Position numbers and translations under genes: made by a program. The notes under the pieces are model-generated. The model searched no databases. It was given only the letters and a program-made list of their open reading frames with translations, and had not been told where the DNA came from. Positions 22,913 to 33,097 of a stretch of DNA of 40,589 nt are shown here, piece after piece. Position 1 is the stretch's first letter, and every line of letters begins with the position of its first letter. Source of the stretch: PVC group bacterium (lineage in GTDB: Bacteria; Auribacterota; Erginobacteria; Erginobacterales; Erginobacteraceae); NCBI GenBank assembly GCA_043804695.1, contig JAZDIV010000036.1, positions 1 through 40,589 on the forward strand. The letters run 5' to 3'.

Positions 22913-24778
22913 CTATTTCTTATACAGCTCCTCCTTCACGTCCTCCAATCCAAGTGCATCCAGGGTCACCGGCCTGATTAATCCGTTCTTATCATAACCC
23001 CAGAGCCGGTAGTAATCGTCGAGCATCACGTCGAGATGGACCACCTGGCCTTTGGCGGGACCTTCATCCTCCGGTTCTTTCAAGAAGCGATCCGACAGGG
23101 TGTCGTCCTTCCGGCTCATCCCCTCCCGCTGGTTGAACGCCCTCCTGAGGACACAGATCCGCTTCCCGATTCTTTTCAGGTTCTCCTCGTCATTGAACGC
23201 TTCCACCCCGGTCAGGCTGAAGAGAATGTCGGGGAAGTCGGGATAGTAATAGCAGAGTGGGTACATGGTGCCGTACTTGCAGAGGATCAGGGAGTCGACC
23301 ACGGCGTAAAAATGCTCCACGTCGTATACCATCTGCCCCTTGAATTCTTCGCTGTGCCGGTCAAGCGCGTTTTTGAGCTTGTCCTCCCCGTAGCGGCGGC
23401 GGCCGATCTCCGGGTAGCCGATCTCATCGATCACCGAGAGCCCGCGCAGATGGTCGGCGCCCCGGACCGAAGTGGCGTGGGTCAGCCCCCCCGAGCGGTG
23501 GGCCCGGCCATCCTGTCCGGATATTTCCTGGCCCTTGACGTGCATCGCGAACTTTTCCGCCCCGCCACCGATCTTTTTGGCGGCCCGCTTCACCCCCTCG
23601 GCCAAAAGATCGCCCAGCCCCTGGCGGTAAGCGATAGCTTTGACCAGCTGCACGATCTTCTCCCCGTCGGTCCAGTTCACTTCCTCCGGGATCAGACCGT
23701 GCTCGCGGCACTCCATGGCAAAACCGATCGCGCTCCCGCAGGAGATGGTGTCCATCCCCAGGTCGTTGCAGAGGTGGTTGGCGTAGATCAGGTCGTCGAG
23801 GTCGGAGTTCAGGCAGCCGGTCCCGAGCGAGACGACTGTCTCGTACTCCGGCCCTTCGCCGATGTTGTCATACTTTTTGGAGAGGGTGACCAGCTTGCAC
23901 TGGATCTTGCAGTTGAAGCAGGAGTTCTTGGCGATCCGGAACTCGTCCCGGATCCGGGCCGAGCCGACCTTTTCCACCAGGTCAAAGACCCCCTTCTTGT
24001 GGTTCCGGGTGGGAAGCCGCCCGATCTCGTTCTCGATCTCGACCAGGCCGGCCGTACCGAACTCCCGGAGCGAAAGGCAGCCGGCGGAGTCCGGTCCCTC
24101 GAGAAAACGGTATTTTGACTCCTGAAAAAGTTCACCGAGACGCTTCGGGTCGGCCGCGGTGATGTCCCCGGTTCCCCGAACCGCGATCGCCTTCAGGTTC
24201 TTGCTCCCCATCACCGCCCCCAGCCCCGAGCGCCCGAAGGCCCGGTGCTTGTCGGTCATCACGGCGGCGAACCGGACCAGGTTTTCCCCGGCCGGGCCGA
24301 TGCAGGCCACCCGCTCGAGCGAATATTTGGTCCGCAGACAGTCGGTCGTCTGGTTGACGGTCTTCCCCCATATCTCGGACGCGTCTTGAAGCGTGACCTG
24401 GTCGTCGATGATCAGGAGATAGACCGGCTTCTCCGACCGCCCCTCGAAGACTATGAAGTCGTAGCCGGCGTATTTCAACTCCGGGCCGAGATGCCCTCCG
24501 CAGTGCGCCTCCGCCCATCCCCCGGTCAGCGGCGATTTGGCGGCCATCATGCAGCGCCCGCTCTGGGGAAAGAGGGTCCCGGTGGTCGGACCGGTCGCCA
24601 GGATGAGGATGTTTTCGGGAGAGAGGGGATCGATCCCGGGCTTCAACTCGTCCCAGAGGATCCGGGCGCAGATGCCGGTCCCTCCGATGTATTCGATCAG
24701 GTTTTCGGGAAACGGCTTTTTCCTGATCGATCGGTCGGTCAGATTGATCCTGAGATAATGTCCGGCGTATCCGTGCAT
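22913..24778 (-). CDS. aor: Aldehyde:ferredoxin oxidoreductase family (W-bis-pterin), copy 1
   Basis: KSPLTGG, CIGPAGENLV, GRSGLGAVMGSKNLKAI, CFNCKIQC, GPEYET, GMDTISCG, RGADHL, DSLILC. SD AAGGAG. Confidence 0.93.
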   Translation of the reverse strand: MHGYAGHYLRINLTDRSIRKKPFPENLIEYIGGTGICARILWDELKPGIDPLSPENILILATGPTTGTLFPQSGRCMMAAKSPLTGGWAEAHCGGHLGPELKYAGYDFIVFEGRSEKPVYLLIIDDQVTLQDASEIWGKTVNQTTDCLRTKYSLERVACIGPAGENLVRFAAVMTDKHRAFGRSGLGAVMGSKNLKAIAVRGTGDITAADPKRLGELFQESKYRFLEGPDSAGCLSLREFGTAGLVEIENEIGRLPTRNHKKGVFDLVEKVGSARIRDEFRIAKNSCFNCKIQCKLVTLSKKYDNIGEGPEYETVVSLGTGCLNSDLDDLIYANHLCNDLGMDTISCGSAIGFAMECREHGLIPEEVNWTDGEKIVQLVKAIAYRQGLGDLLAEGVKRAAKKIGGGAEKFAMHVKGQEISGQDGRAHRSGGLTHATSVRGADHLRGLSVIDEIGYPEIGRRRYGEDKLKNALDRHSEEFKGQMVYDVEHFYAVVDSLILCKYGTMYPLCYYYPDFPDILFSLTGVEAFNDEENLKRIGKRICVLRRAFNQREGMSRKDDTLSDRFLKEPEDEGPAKGQVVHLDVMLDDYYRLWGYDKNGLIRPVTLDALGLEDVKEELYKK

Positions 24779-24886
24779 AATGGAACTCCTTACTGTAAAA
24801 GTGCCTGGACTAAACTTAGCCCTCGCGCATACCTGTAATGTTGTTTAATGCTTGCACATTCTTATTTTTCCGGAGGAAAAATAAGA

Positions 24887-25162
24887 TTATCCTCCCGCCA
24901 CGGACGGGAAGATCGTGACGCTCTCTTCTTCGCCCACCACTCTGCCCGGATCGGTCTGGGAGACTCCGTTGATCAATATGACAACCGGGGGGCGGCGGAC
25001 CATTTCGCCGTCTCTTGTTTCCAGGAGCAGTTCCCCGATCGGGGAACCGTAAACAGCGGCCAGGTGCTTCAGGATCTCCAGGATCGTCTTCTTCCCGGAG
25101 ATCGAGACCCGGCCGGTCCGGGCCCGGTCTCTGAGCACTCCGAATAACTTGACCGTGGGCAT
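24887..25162 (-). CDS. Ubiquitin-like MoaD/SAMP-type protein (C-terminal VAGG)
   Basis: TVKLFGVLR...VVILING...VTIFPSVAGG. Confidence 0.88.
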   Translation of the reverse strand: MPTVKLFGVLRDRARTGRVSISGKKTILEILKHLAAVYGSPIGELLLETRDGEMVRRPPVVILINGVSQTDPGRVVGEEESVTIFPSVAGG

Positions 25163-25171
25163 TTCCGGCTC

Positions 25172-25408
25172 CTACCCCCCTCCCAGCCGCATGGTTACCT
25201 GAAGCTCCGCATCCCCGGTAATCACATCATCGAGATGCATCGGACGTCCGGCCCGGATAATCTGGATAAACCCCAGCTCCTTCGACGTGTAACCGAGAGC
25301 TTTCCCCAGAACAGTCCGGACCCTGATGCCTTTACGGCATTTCCATTCGACCAGTCTTCCGGCCGGGGGCAAACGAAGCGGTCCGATCAATCGAAGGCGA
25401 ATTATCAT
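25172..25408 (-). CDS. Divergent, basic MoaD/ThiS-like protein (C-terminal LGGG)
   Basis: 78 aa, beta-grasp-like pattern, ends MRLGGG, sandwiched between two other ubiquitin-like genes. Confidence 0.7.
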   Translation of the reverse strand: MIIRLRLIGPLRLPPAGRLVEWKCRKGIRVRTVLGKALGYTSKELGFIQIIRAGRPMHLDDVITGDAELQVTMRLGGG

Positions 25409-25431
25409 GACAGCGTGACGATCCGAGCGGC

Positions 25432-25677
25432 TTACCCTCCGGCCACGATGGGGATGAAAGCGATCCGATCGCCGTCTTGAAGGGGCACATTAAAATCCTT
25501 CACCATCGCCGAATTGCGGGTAATCTTGATGTTTTTATGTTCGGCCACGTCCAGCCCGTACTCGGTTTTGACCCAATTTAGAAACTCAGGAAGAGTGGTC
25601 CCGAGAAAGTCAACCTGGTTGCTCCGCGCCGGGAAATAGCGCTGGAACTTGCTGATGGCGATTACAGTTATTTTCAT
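25432..25677 (-). CDS. MoaD/ThiS-like sulfur carrier (C-terminal VAGG)
   Basis: ...LQDGDRIAFIPIVAGG. Confidence 0.88.
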   Translation of the reverse strand: MKITVIAISKFQRYFPARSNQVDFLGTTLPEFLNWVKTEYGLDVAEHKNIKITRNSAMVKDFNVPLQDGDRIAFIPIVAGG

Positions 25678-25740
25678 AAGACATTACCTGTTCCATACCA
25701 TAGAGAATGAGTTGATGGTATCAATTGTATTGACACTAGT

Positions 25741-25955
25741 TAAATTCCAAATAACAAATTACAGATAACAAATAAATCTCAATGACCAAAATGCCAAATT
25801 CCAAACATCCTTCATCTGCAGTCACTGCGAGCAGTGGAAATAGCACAATAAATCATCATCTTTTTAGAAAGAATAATTCCGGCTGGTTTGCCAGGGGCGT
25901 TTGGTGCTTGGGATTTGGAATTTGTTTAGTATTTAGATATTAGGATTTAGGATTT
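25741..25955. repeat. Inverted heptamer arm element, homologous to 16961-17195
   Basis: Left arm TAAATTCCAAATAACAAATTACAGATAACAAATAAATCTCAATGACCAAA...CCAAAC (25741-25806) and a complementary right arm at 25899-25955. Confidence 0.75.
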
Positions 25956-25959
25956 GTAT

Positions 25960-27816
25960 TTATACGGATATCCCCAGCTCTTCTAATTTCTCCGGTGTTG
26001 GTCGTCCGTCCTCTCCCCACCCTCTCACCTCGTAATAGCGGGGGAGCATTTTGTCAAGCTCGACCACCTGCCCTTTGGCCGGCCCTTCCGGGAGCGGCTC
26101 TTGCAAAAACCGCTTCGGGAGCGAGTCCTGGGCGGGGGTCAGACCGCAGGCGACGTTAAAAAGCCTTTCCACGTTCAGGATCCGCTCCCCCGCCTTCATA
26201 ATCTTCTTCTCATCCCACTCGATCCCGGTGGCGTATTTGATCAGCTCAGCCATGTCTTGCGGAAGAATGGCGTAGGTGGCGAACATGCAGTACTTGCACA
26301 TCTCGGCGGAATCAACCACGGCGGCGAAGTTTTCATGCCAGAGGACCATGTCGGCCTTCCCCTGCCAGGCGTAGGGATCGACGGTGTGGGGGTCCCCGAA
26401 CCACTCCACCCCTTCCTCCGGGGTATAACTGAGAAGTTCGAAGTTGGGGAGCGCCCGGAGGTGATCTCCCCCCCGGGAAGCCACCGCCAGACCGAGGCCG
26501 AACCCCTTCCCGGTTCGGGGGTCGTAGGCGGGCAGTTCCATCCCCTTGGTCTGGAGCGCGAAGTCGATGCTCCCCTGACCGATCTTCCCGGCCAGGTATT
26601 TCATCCCCCGGGCGGCGTCATTCCCGATCCCTTCCCGAAAAGCGATTTTTTTCACCAGGTCGATGACGGCATCCGCGTCACCCCAGTGATATTTTTCGGG
26701 GATCAGCCCCTTTTCGCTGCATTCGAAGAGGAAGCCGATAATCCCCCCCACCGAGATGGTGTCCATCCCGTAATCGTTGCAGAGATAGTTGGCATAGATA
26801 ACCGGGGCCAGATCGGGGAGGTCGGGCCGGGTGCCCAGCGCGACAAAGCTTTCGTACTCCGGGCCCTTCCCCCGGCAGAGAAACTTCCCCTCTTTGACCA
26901 CCGCGTAATTCGAACAATGGATGATGCAGGAGAAGCAGCTCTCCGAACGCTCCACGAAATTCTCCCGGTAATGGTGGCTGCTGTAATTATCGGCGTGGCG
27001 GAAGACCCCGGTCTGGCCGTTCCGGGTGGACAGCCCCCCGCTCTCGGCGGCGATGTCGGTGATCACCGAGGTGCCGTAATAGGAAAAATCGGGGTAGGTC
27101 TTGTCTTCAAAGATCTTCCGGTAGCAGTCCGCGGATTTTTTCAGAAAAGCCTCCGGATCGAAGAGCTTCAGATCATGGGTCCCGTTGATCGCGATCGCCT
27201 TCAGCTTCTTCGACCCCATCACCGCCCCCACCGCGCAGCGGGCAAGATAATGGAACTTGTCGTTGGCGATCGCCGCGCAGAAGACCATCTTCTCCCCGGC
27301 CGGCCCGATACAGGCCACCTTGGTCTCTCTTCCCAGCCTCTCGACCAGCTTGTCGGTGGTCTCCATCACTCCTTTCCCGGCCAGATCGCCGGCGGCCAGA
27401 ATCTCCACCTCGTCATCGCGGATGTTGAGATAGACCAGTTCGTCGGCCCTGCCTTCCACGATGATGACGTCATACCCCGCGTACTTGATCTCCGCTCCGA
27501 AGGCCCCGCCGCTGTTGGCGTCGCCGAAGAGGCCGGTCAGGGGAGACTTGGTAGTCACCGTGTAGCGCCCCGAGGAAGGAGACACGGTCCCGTTCAGCGG
27601 CCCGGTGGAGAAGATGAGAACATTATCCGGTCCCAGGGGATCGATTTTGCCCGGGTCGTCGAGCAGGTCGGAGAGTAGCCGGGCGCCGAATCCTCTCCCC
27701 CCGATATAGTTCTCCATCAGCTCCCGGGGCAGCGGTTCCCTGGAAATCCTGCCGGTGGTCAGGTTAACCCGGAGAATCCGCCCCATGTATCCGTAATGGT
27801 TATCTTTTTCAGCCAT
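25960..27816 (-). CDS. aor: Aldehyde:ferredoxin oxidoreductase family (W-bis-pterin), copy 2
   Basis: GYMGRILRVNL, KSPLTG..GDANSGG, GAVMGSKKLKAI, CFSCIIHC, GPEYES, GMDTIS, YDPR, RGGDHL, DSAEMC. Confidence 0.93.
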   Translation of the reverse strand: MAEKDNHYGYMGRILRVNLTTGRISREPLPRELMENYIGGRGFGARLLSDLLDDPGKIDPLGPDNVLIFSTGPLNGTVSPSSGRYTVTTKSPLTGLFGDANSGGAFGAEIKYAGYDVIIVEGRADELVYLNIRDDEVEILAAGDLAGKGVMETTDKLVERLGRETKVACIGPAGEKMVFCAAIANDKFHYLARCAVGAVMGSKKLKAIAINGTHDLKLFDPEAFLKKSADCYRKIFEDKTYPDFSYYGTSVITDIAAESGGLSTRNGQTGVFRHADNYSSHHYRENFVERSESCFSCIIHCSNYAVVKEGKFLCRGKGPEYESFVALGTRPDLPDLAPVIYANYLCNDYGMDTISVGGIIGFLFECSEKGLIPEKYHWGDADAVIDLVKKIAFREGIGNDAARGMKYLAGKIGQGSIDFALQTKGMELPAYDPRTGKGFGLGLAVASRGGDHLRALPNFELLSYTPEEGVEWFGDPHTVDPYAWQGKADMVLWHENFAAVVDSAEMCKYCMFATYAILPQDMAELIKYATGIEWDEKKIMKAGERILNVERLFNVACGLTPAQDSLPKRFLQEPLPEGPAKGQVVELDKMLPRYYEVRGWGEDGRPTPEKLEELGISV

Positions 27817-27819
27817 TTT

Positions 27820-28236
27820 TCACCCCAGGTGATTAATATCTTCTTTGCGGAGAGTGAGGGCGTCGGTCGGGCAGTACTTCGCGCACTGCGGGTCGCCGCC
27901 GCAGAGATCGCACTTGAGGAGCTCGCCGTCGAAGATCCGGAGCGCGCCCGCCAAGGGACAGGCCTCGATACAGGAGCCGCAGACGATACACTTCTCGCGG
28001 TCGTGGACCGCTCGGCCGTCCTCGATGTGCATCGCTCCGGTCGGACAGACTGCCACACATTTCGGATCCTTGCAGAAGCGGCAGGTCTCGATGACATCCC
28101 GGTCCTCTTCCCGGTACACCCGGATCCGGGAGCGCTGCGGATTGATCAGGCTGCAGTGCCTGAGCGAGCAGACCAGCTCACAGATCCGGCAGCCGACGCA
28201 TTCTTTCTGATTGATCTTCCTCGGGTCGGAAGACAT
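27820..28236 (-). CDS. Four-[4Fe-4S] ferredoxin subunit (AorA/DmsB-like)
   Basis: CVGCRICELVC, CRFC..PKC..VCP, CIVCGSCIEACP, KCDLC.GDPQC..YCP. SD AGAGGTG. Confidence 0.92.
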   Translation of the reverse strand: MSSDPRKINQKECVGCRICELVCSLRHCSLINPQRSRIRVYREEDRDVIETCRFCKDPKCVAVCPTGAMHIEDGRAVHDREKCIVCGSCIEACPLAGALRIFDGELLKCDLCGGDPQCAKYCPTDALTLRKEDINHLG

Positions 28237-28500
28237 GAGACACCTCTTTCAGGTTAAAACTGTCCTGAAGAACAGAAGCCGTATTTTAACCAACCCTGCC
28301 GACATAAAAACACAGAAATAGAGTAATTTCAAGGGGGAAATACACGCGGGACAGATGAACATCGAACATTCAACGTTCAACGTCAAACGTTCAACGCACT
28401 GGCAGGGGGACTTATGTGATTTTTGCGCCTTTTTGCGGCTAATAAAAGGGGCCGAGGTAGGGGGATAATCAGTGTGAATTCGTGTAATTAGTGGACTGCT

Positions 28501-30825
28501 TTACCCGCGTTCCCGGAGCTGGACGGCTTCCAGGACCTTTTCCGGCGTGAAGGGGGTGCGGTGGAGACGGACATCGACCGCGTCGTAGATGGCGTTGGAG
28601 ATGGCCGGGAGGGGACCGCTGATGCAGATCTCCCCCACGCTCTTGGCGCCGAAGGGACCGGTCGGCTCATAGGAGGGGACGAAGATGGTGGTGATTTTGG
28701 GGATGTCCCGGGCGGAAAAAATCTTGTAGTACCCGTAGTTGGGATTCAGCATCACGCCCTTGTTGCTGTAAATGTGGCGCTCGGTGAGGGCGTAGCTGAT
28801 CCCGTTGATCAGGGCACCGATCGCCTGTCCCCGGGCCAGGTCGGGATTGATCGGCGTGCCGCAGTCAACCGCCTGAACGTATTCCAGGACCCGCACCTTG
28901 CCGGTGGCCCGGTCCACCTCCACCTCCACGAAATGGGCGGCAAAGGGCGGGGGCGACTCGCGGGAGATCCGGGACGCCGTCGCCGCGATCTGGAACTGGT
29001 CTTTCTCGTAGAGGGAGCGGGTGCCGATCTCCTCCAGGGTCACCGATTTCTTCTTCGGCCCGATGACCCTGCCCCCGGTCAGCTCGACCCTCTCCGGGGG
29101 GACATTGAGCATCGCCGCCCCGACCTGGAGAATCTGCGCTTTCACCTTCTCGGCGGTGTCCTTGACCGCCATCCCGGAAAGATAGGTGGTGGAGGAGGCG
29201 TAGGCTCCCACGTCGAAGGGGGTGAGGTCGGTGTCGGAGGAGTAGACGATGACCCGGTCGGTCGGGACCGTCAGGACCTCGGCCGCGATCTGGGAGAGGA
29301 CCGTGTCCGATCCCTGGCCGATCTCGGTGGCCCCCATCAGGAGGTTGAACGACCCGTCATCATTCATCTTGATGAACGCGGACGCCATGTCGATATAGGG
29401 GATGGAAGACCCCTGCATCATGATCGACATCCCCAGGCCGCGCCGGTAGCGCCCTCCCCCGGGCCGGCCCCGTTTCTTCTTCCAGCCGATGGCCTCGGCG
29501 CCGGCCGTGATGCAGGCGGCCAGCTCACAGGATCCGATATGAGGCTCTCCGATGGCCGGGCCTTCGCCGAGCTCCTTCAGGATCGGCACCTCGGTCCCGC
29601 CGGCGATGACGTTCTTCAGATAAAAATCCATCGGGTCCATTTCCAGCCTTTCGGCCAGGTCGTCCATGGCGATGACGGTGGCCAGGATCCCCTGGGTCCC
29701 CCCGTAGCCCCGGTAGGCGCCGGAGACCGGGAGGTTGGTATACACCACGTCGCTGCTGAAGCGAAGGTTGGGGCACTTGAACATCGGCAATGTCCGGGTT
29801 CCCACGTTGGAGGCCACGGTCAGGCCGTGGGTCCCGTAGGCGCCGGTGTTGGAGAGGGCGTAGAGGTCGATCGCGGTCAGGGAGCCGTCTTTCCGGGCCG
29901 CCACCTGGACCTTGGTAATCATGTTGTGACGGACCCGGGCGCTCATGAAGACTTCCCGGCGGGTCAGGCGCATCTTGGCCGGGCGCCCGGTCCGGAGGGT
30001 GATCAGGCCGACGTAGGGCTCCAGCAGTATCTCCTGCTTCCCCCCGAACCCTCCTCCCAGCCGGGGCTTGATGACCCGGATCCGGCGGCGGGGTATCTGT
30101 AAAGCCCGGCTGACAATCCGGCGGGCATGAAAGGGGACCTGGGTCGTGGAGATGATCACCAGGCGCCCGTTTTCATCCAGCCAGCTCAAAGCGCAGTGAG
30201 GCTCGATGGCCGAGTGGCTGGCGGTCTGGTTCTCGAATTCGTCTTCCACCGTCATCTCCGCCTGCTTGACGCCTTTTTTAACATCCCCCACGGAAGCCTC
30301 CACCCGGGCCACCCGGTTCTTCTCCGGCTCGTAGGGAACCGGGATCGCGATCCGGCATTCCTTTTCATCGTGGATCACCGGGGCGGAAGACCGCATCGCC
30401 TTTCTCGGATCCAGTACCGCCGGGAGCACCTCGTACTCCACCTCGATCAGCTTGAGGGCCTCTTCGGCGATCTCGTCCGTCTCCGCCGCCACCAGGGCAA
30501 CCTTGTCGCCGGCAAAACGGACCTTGTTGTCAAGAATGAACTCGTCGTAGGGCGACGGTTCCGGGTACCCCTGCCCTGCCGTTGTGATCGGGATCCGGGG
30601 GACATCCTTGTAGGTCAGCACCTCCGCCACCCCGGTGAGGGCCCGGGCCTTCCCGGTCCGGATAACTTTGATCCGGGCGTGGGCGTGGGGGCTGCGCAGG
30701 AGACGGCAATAAAGCATCCCCGGCATATCGTAATCATCCGTAAATTTCGCCTGCCCGACGGCCAGACCAAGGGCATCTACTTTGTCCACCCCCTTATTTA
30801 CTTGATTGAACTTAGGTAATTTCAT
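28501..30825 (-). CDS. Xanthine dehydrogenase-family Mo subunit, XdhD/YgfN-like
   Basis: TTAGQGYPEPSPYD, STTQVPFH, GGGFGGKQE, AYRGYG, GAYASSTT, GPFGAKSVGEI. Confidence 0.9.
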   Translation of the reverse strand: MKLPKFNQVNKGVDKVDALGLAVGQAKFTDDYDMPGMLYCRLLRSPHAHARIKVIRTGKARALTGVAEVLTYKDVPRIPITTAGQGYPEPSPYDEFILDNKVRFAGDKVALVAAETDEIAEEALKLIEVEYEVLPAVLDPRKAMRSSAPVIHDEKECRIAIPVPYEPEKNRVARVEASVGDVKKGVKQAEMTVEDEFENQTASHSAIEPHCALSWLDENGRLVIISTTQVPFHARRIVSRALQIPRRRIRVIKPRLGGGFGGKQEILLEPYVGLITLRTGRPAKMRLTRREVFMSARVRHNMITKVQVAARKDGSLTAIDLYALSNTGAYGTHGLTVASNVGTRTLPMFKCPNLRFSSDVVYTNLPVSGAYRGYGGTQGILATVIAMDDLAERLEMDPMDFYLKNVIAGGTEVPILKELGEGPAIGEPHIGSCELAACITAGAEAIGWKKKRGRPGGGRYRRGLGMSIMMQGSSIPYIDMASAFIKMNDDGSFNLLMGATEIGQGSDTVLSQIAAEVLTVPTDRVIVYSSDTDLTPFDVGAYASSTTYLSGMAVKDTAEKVKAQILQVGAAMLNVPPERVELTGGRVIGPKKKSVTLEEIGTRSLYEKDQFQIAATASRISRESPPPFAAHFVEVEVDRATGKVRVLEYVQAVDCGTPINPDLARGQAIGALINGISYALTERHIYSNKGVMLNPNYGYYKIFSARDIPKITTIFVPSYEPTGPFGAKSVGEICISGPLPAISNAIYDAVDVRLHRTPFTPEKVLEAVQLRERG

Positions 30826-30891
30826 TGATCTTTATGTTTATGATGGTTAAATCCCAAATAACAAATTTTAATTAGGTATCGACGTTGTCTG

Positions 30892-31389
30892 TTATGGCGC
30901 CTTAGTTGTCTTCGGATGCTTCTTCTTTTTTGACCGCATCCTCCGGGCGGCCAGCTTGACCGCCTCGATGATCTGCACATAGCCGGTGCACCGGCAGAGG
31001 TTGCCGTCAAGGGCTTCTTTGATCTCTTCGTCCGACGGGTTCGGGTTCCGGTCCAGCAACGCCTTGGCGGCAAGAATCATTCCCGGGGTGCAGAACCCGC
31101 ACTGGATGGCGGCCGACTCGACAAAGGCAAGCTGGAGGAGATGGGGTTTCCGGACCGTGCCCAGGGCTTCAACGGTGGTCACCTTTCTCCAGTCGGCGGT
31201 GACCGCCAGGATCAGGCAGGAATTGACCGGACGTCCGTCCATGATCACGGTACAGGCGCCGCAGGCGCCTTCCCCGCAGCCGAACTTGACGCTCTTGTAG
31301 CCCAGCCGCCGCAGGAGGTCGAGAAGGGTCTCCGACGGTCTCACCTCTACCTGATGCTGCCTGCCATTGACTGTTAAAACAATTTCCAT
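30892..31389 (-). CDS. [2Fe-2S] subunit (CoxS/XdhC-like), 165 aa
   Basis: True start MEIVLTVNG at 31389. [27 protein letters not shown]. Confidence 0.92.
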   Translation of the reverse strand: MEIVLTVNGRQHQVEVRPSETLLDLLRRLGYKSVKFGCGEGACGACTVIMDGRPVNSCLILAVTADWRKVTTVEALGTVRKPHLLQLAFVESAAIQCGFCTPGMILAAKALLDRNPNPSDEEIKEALDGNLCRCTGYVQIIEAVKLAARRMRSKKKKHPKTTKAP

Positions 31390-32249
31390 TCCGGCACCTT
31401 TTGATCGAGCAGGATGCGTTCCAGGATCCCCCTGACCTGGGCCCGGCAGAGATCCCGCTTGTATCCCTCCGAACAGCGGATGTCCTTGCTGATCTTGATC
31501 TCCTCGGCGGCGATCTCCGAGGCTTCGTTGACCAGGATCTGGGAACCGATTTTCCCTTTCAACACTTCCTCCGCGAACCGGATTCTCTGGGGCAGCAGCG
31601 TCGCCCCGCCGACCACGATGGTGATCTCGCGGCACCGTCGATCGGTCCGGGAAAGAAGGATCGCGACTTTAAGAAGGGCGAAATCGTTTTCGGTCAGCGT
31701 GAATTTATCGTAGGCGCACCGCACATTCCTGGCGAGGGCGGGAAGGATGATCTCCGTCACCAGTTCCCCCGGCTTCAGCAGCTGCCGGGGCATCCGGGCA
31801 AAGAACTGCTCCGCCGGCAGCTCCCGGATCTTCTTCTCTTGGATAACAATCCGGGCGCCCAGCGCCAGAAAGATAGTGGATAGGTCGGACCAGATAAAGG
31901 GCTGGACCAGGTTTCCTCCCACCGTGATCAGGTTGCGGTTCAGGGTGGAACCGATCCGGCGGGCGGCATCCCAGAGGGCACCGCCGGCGTATTTCTTCAC
32001 CGCGGCGGAAGAAACCAGGTCGGCGATGGGGGTGGCGGCGCCGATCCGGAGGCTGCCGTTTTTTTTATGAATATAGTTGAGCGGGAGGCGGCTCAGGCAG
32101 ACCAGTTCCCTGACCGAGGTCATCGGCGCGAAGATGAAGGAAATGCCGCCGGCGATGGGGACCGCTCCCCGCGTTTCATCGGAGAGGATCCGGACCGCCT
32201 CGGCCAGTGTTTCCGGGTAGGTTACTTTTTGTAAATCGGCCAGTCTCAT
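31374..32249 (-). CDS. FAD-binding subunit (CoxM/YgfM-like)
   Basis: PIAGG, RIGAAT, RNLITVGGNL, ELVTEI, DIRCS..YKR. Confidence 0.9.
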   Translation of the reverse strand: MRLADLQKVTYPETLAEAVRILSDETRGAVPIAGGISFIFAPMTSVRELVCLSRLPLNYIHKKNGSLRIGAATPIADLVSSAAVKKYAGGALWDAARRIGSTLNRNLITVGGNLVQPFIWSDLSTIFLALGARIVIQEKKIRELPAEQFFARMPRQLLKPGELVTEIILPALARNVRCAYDKFTLTENDFALLKVAILLSRTDRRCREITIVVGGATLLPQRIRFAEEVLKGKIGSQILVNEASEIAAEEIKISKDIRCSEGYKRDLCRAQVRGILERILLDQKVPEWKLF

Positions 32250-32625
32250 TATAAATTAGCTCGCTGCGCTCGCAAATTTATCAGAATAACAATATGATAA
32301 ATTTATTCCAAGTTACTTCTGCTTTGTGATTATTAGCATCCAGCGATTCACGCCATAACGATAAATTTTACCGTATTATTTCCCCGCTAAAATAATACTC
32401 TAATCCTCTCCTCAACGGCACCTCGACTCAAAGCGCGACACTATAGGGGATTACATCCCGGGCGGCAAGTTTTTTCCCGGAGAGCTCATTCCGCCGCCGG
32501 CGAAGGGATCGGCTGTTCCTGTTTTAGGTAAATAAAATATTTAACCTGAGGCGACAGAGTCGCTTTTGAAAGCGAGCAATATTGGAAGCATAGTAATGTC
32601 CAATGTCAAGACGCGACACCGATTA

Positions 32626-33087
32626 CTACTCCGCCACCGCCTTGATCGCCTCGACGATCTGGGTGTAGCCGGTACAGCGGCAGAGGTTGCCGGAGATGGC
32701 GATCCGGATCTCTTCTTCGGTGGGAGAGGGGTTCTGGTCGAGGAGAGCGAGGGCGCTCATGATCATGCCCGGGGTGCAGAACCCGCACTGGACGGCCCCG
32801 TGGTCGATGAAGGACTGCTGGATGGGGTGGATTCTGTCTTGATCGGAGAGGCCTTCGATGGTGACGATCTCACGCCCCTCGCACTGGCCGGCCAGGACCA
32901 GGCAGGAGTTGACAGCACGCCCGTCGAGAAGGACGGTGCAGGCGCCGCACTCGCCGATCCCGCAGCCTTCCTTGGTGCCGGTGAGACGGAGTACGTCCCG
33001 GAGGAGATCGATCAGGCGGAGATTGGGGGCGATCTTGAGGGAGTGTCTTTTGCCGTTAACGGTAATGGTGAGTTTATTTTGTTTCAT
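32626..33087 (-). CDS. [2Fe-2S] subunit (XdhC/CoxS-like)
   Basis: [32 protein letters not shown]. Confidence 0.94.
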   Translation of the reverse strand: MKQNKLTITVNGKRHSLKIAPNLRLIDLLRDVLRLTGTKEGCGIGECGACTVLLDGRAVNSCLVLAGQCEGREIVTIEGLSDQDRIHPIQQSFIDHGAVQCGFCTPGMIMSALALLDQNPSPTEEEIRIAISGNLCRCTGYTQIVEAIKAVAE

Positions 33088-33097
33088 GACTTAATAC

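Noticed and set aside
31390..31635. 82-aa N-terminal extension of the [2Fe-2S] subunit
   Set aside because: It overlaps the FAD subunit gene in another frame. Family homology begins at MEIVLTVNG.
32250..32625. Moco/Wco or purine riboswitch, or ModE box, upstream of the second Xdh operon
   Set aside because: No recognisable consensus by eye; only short hairpins are present.
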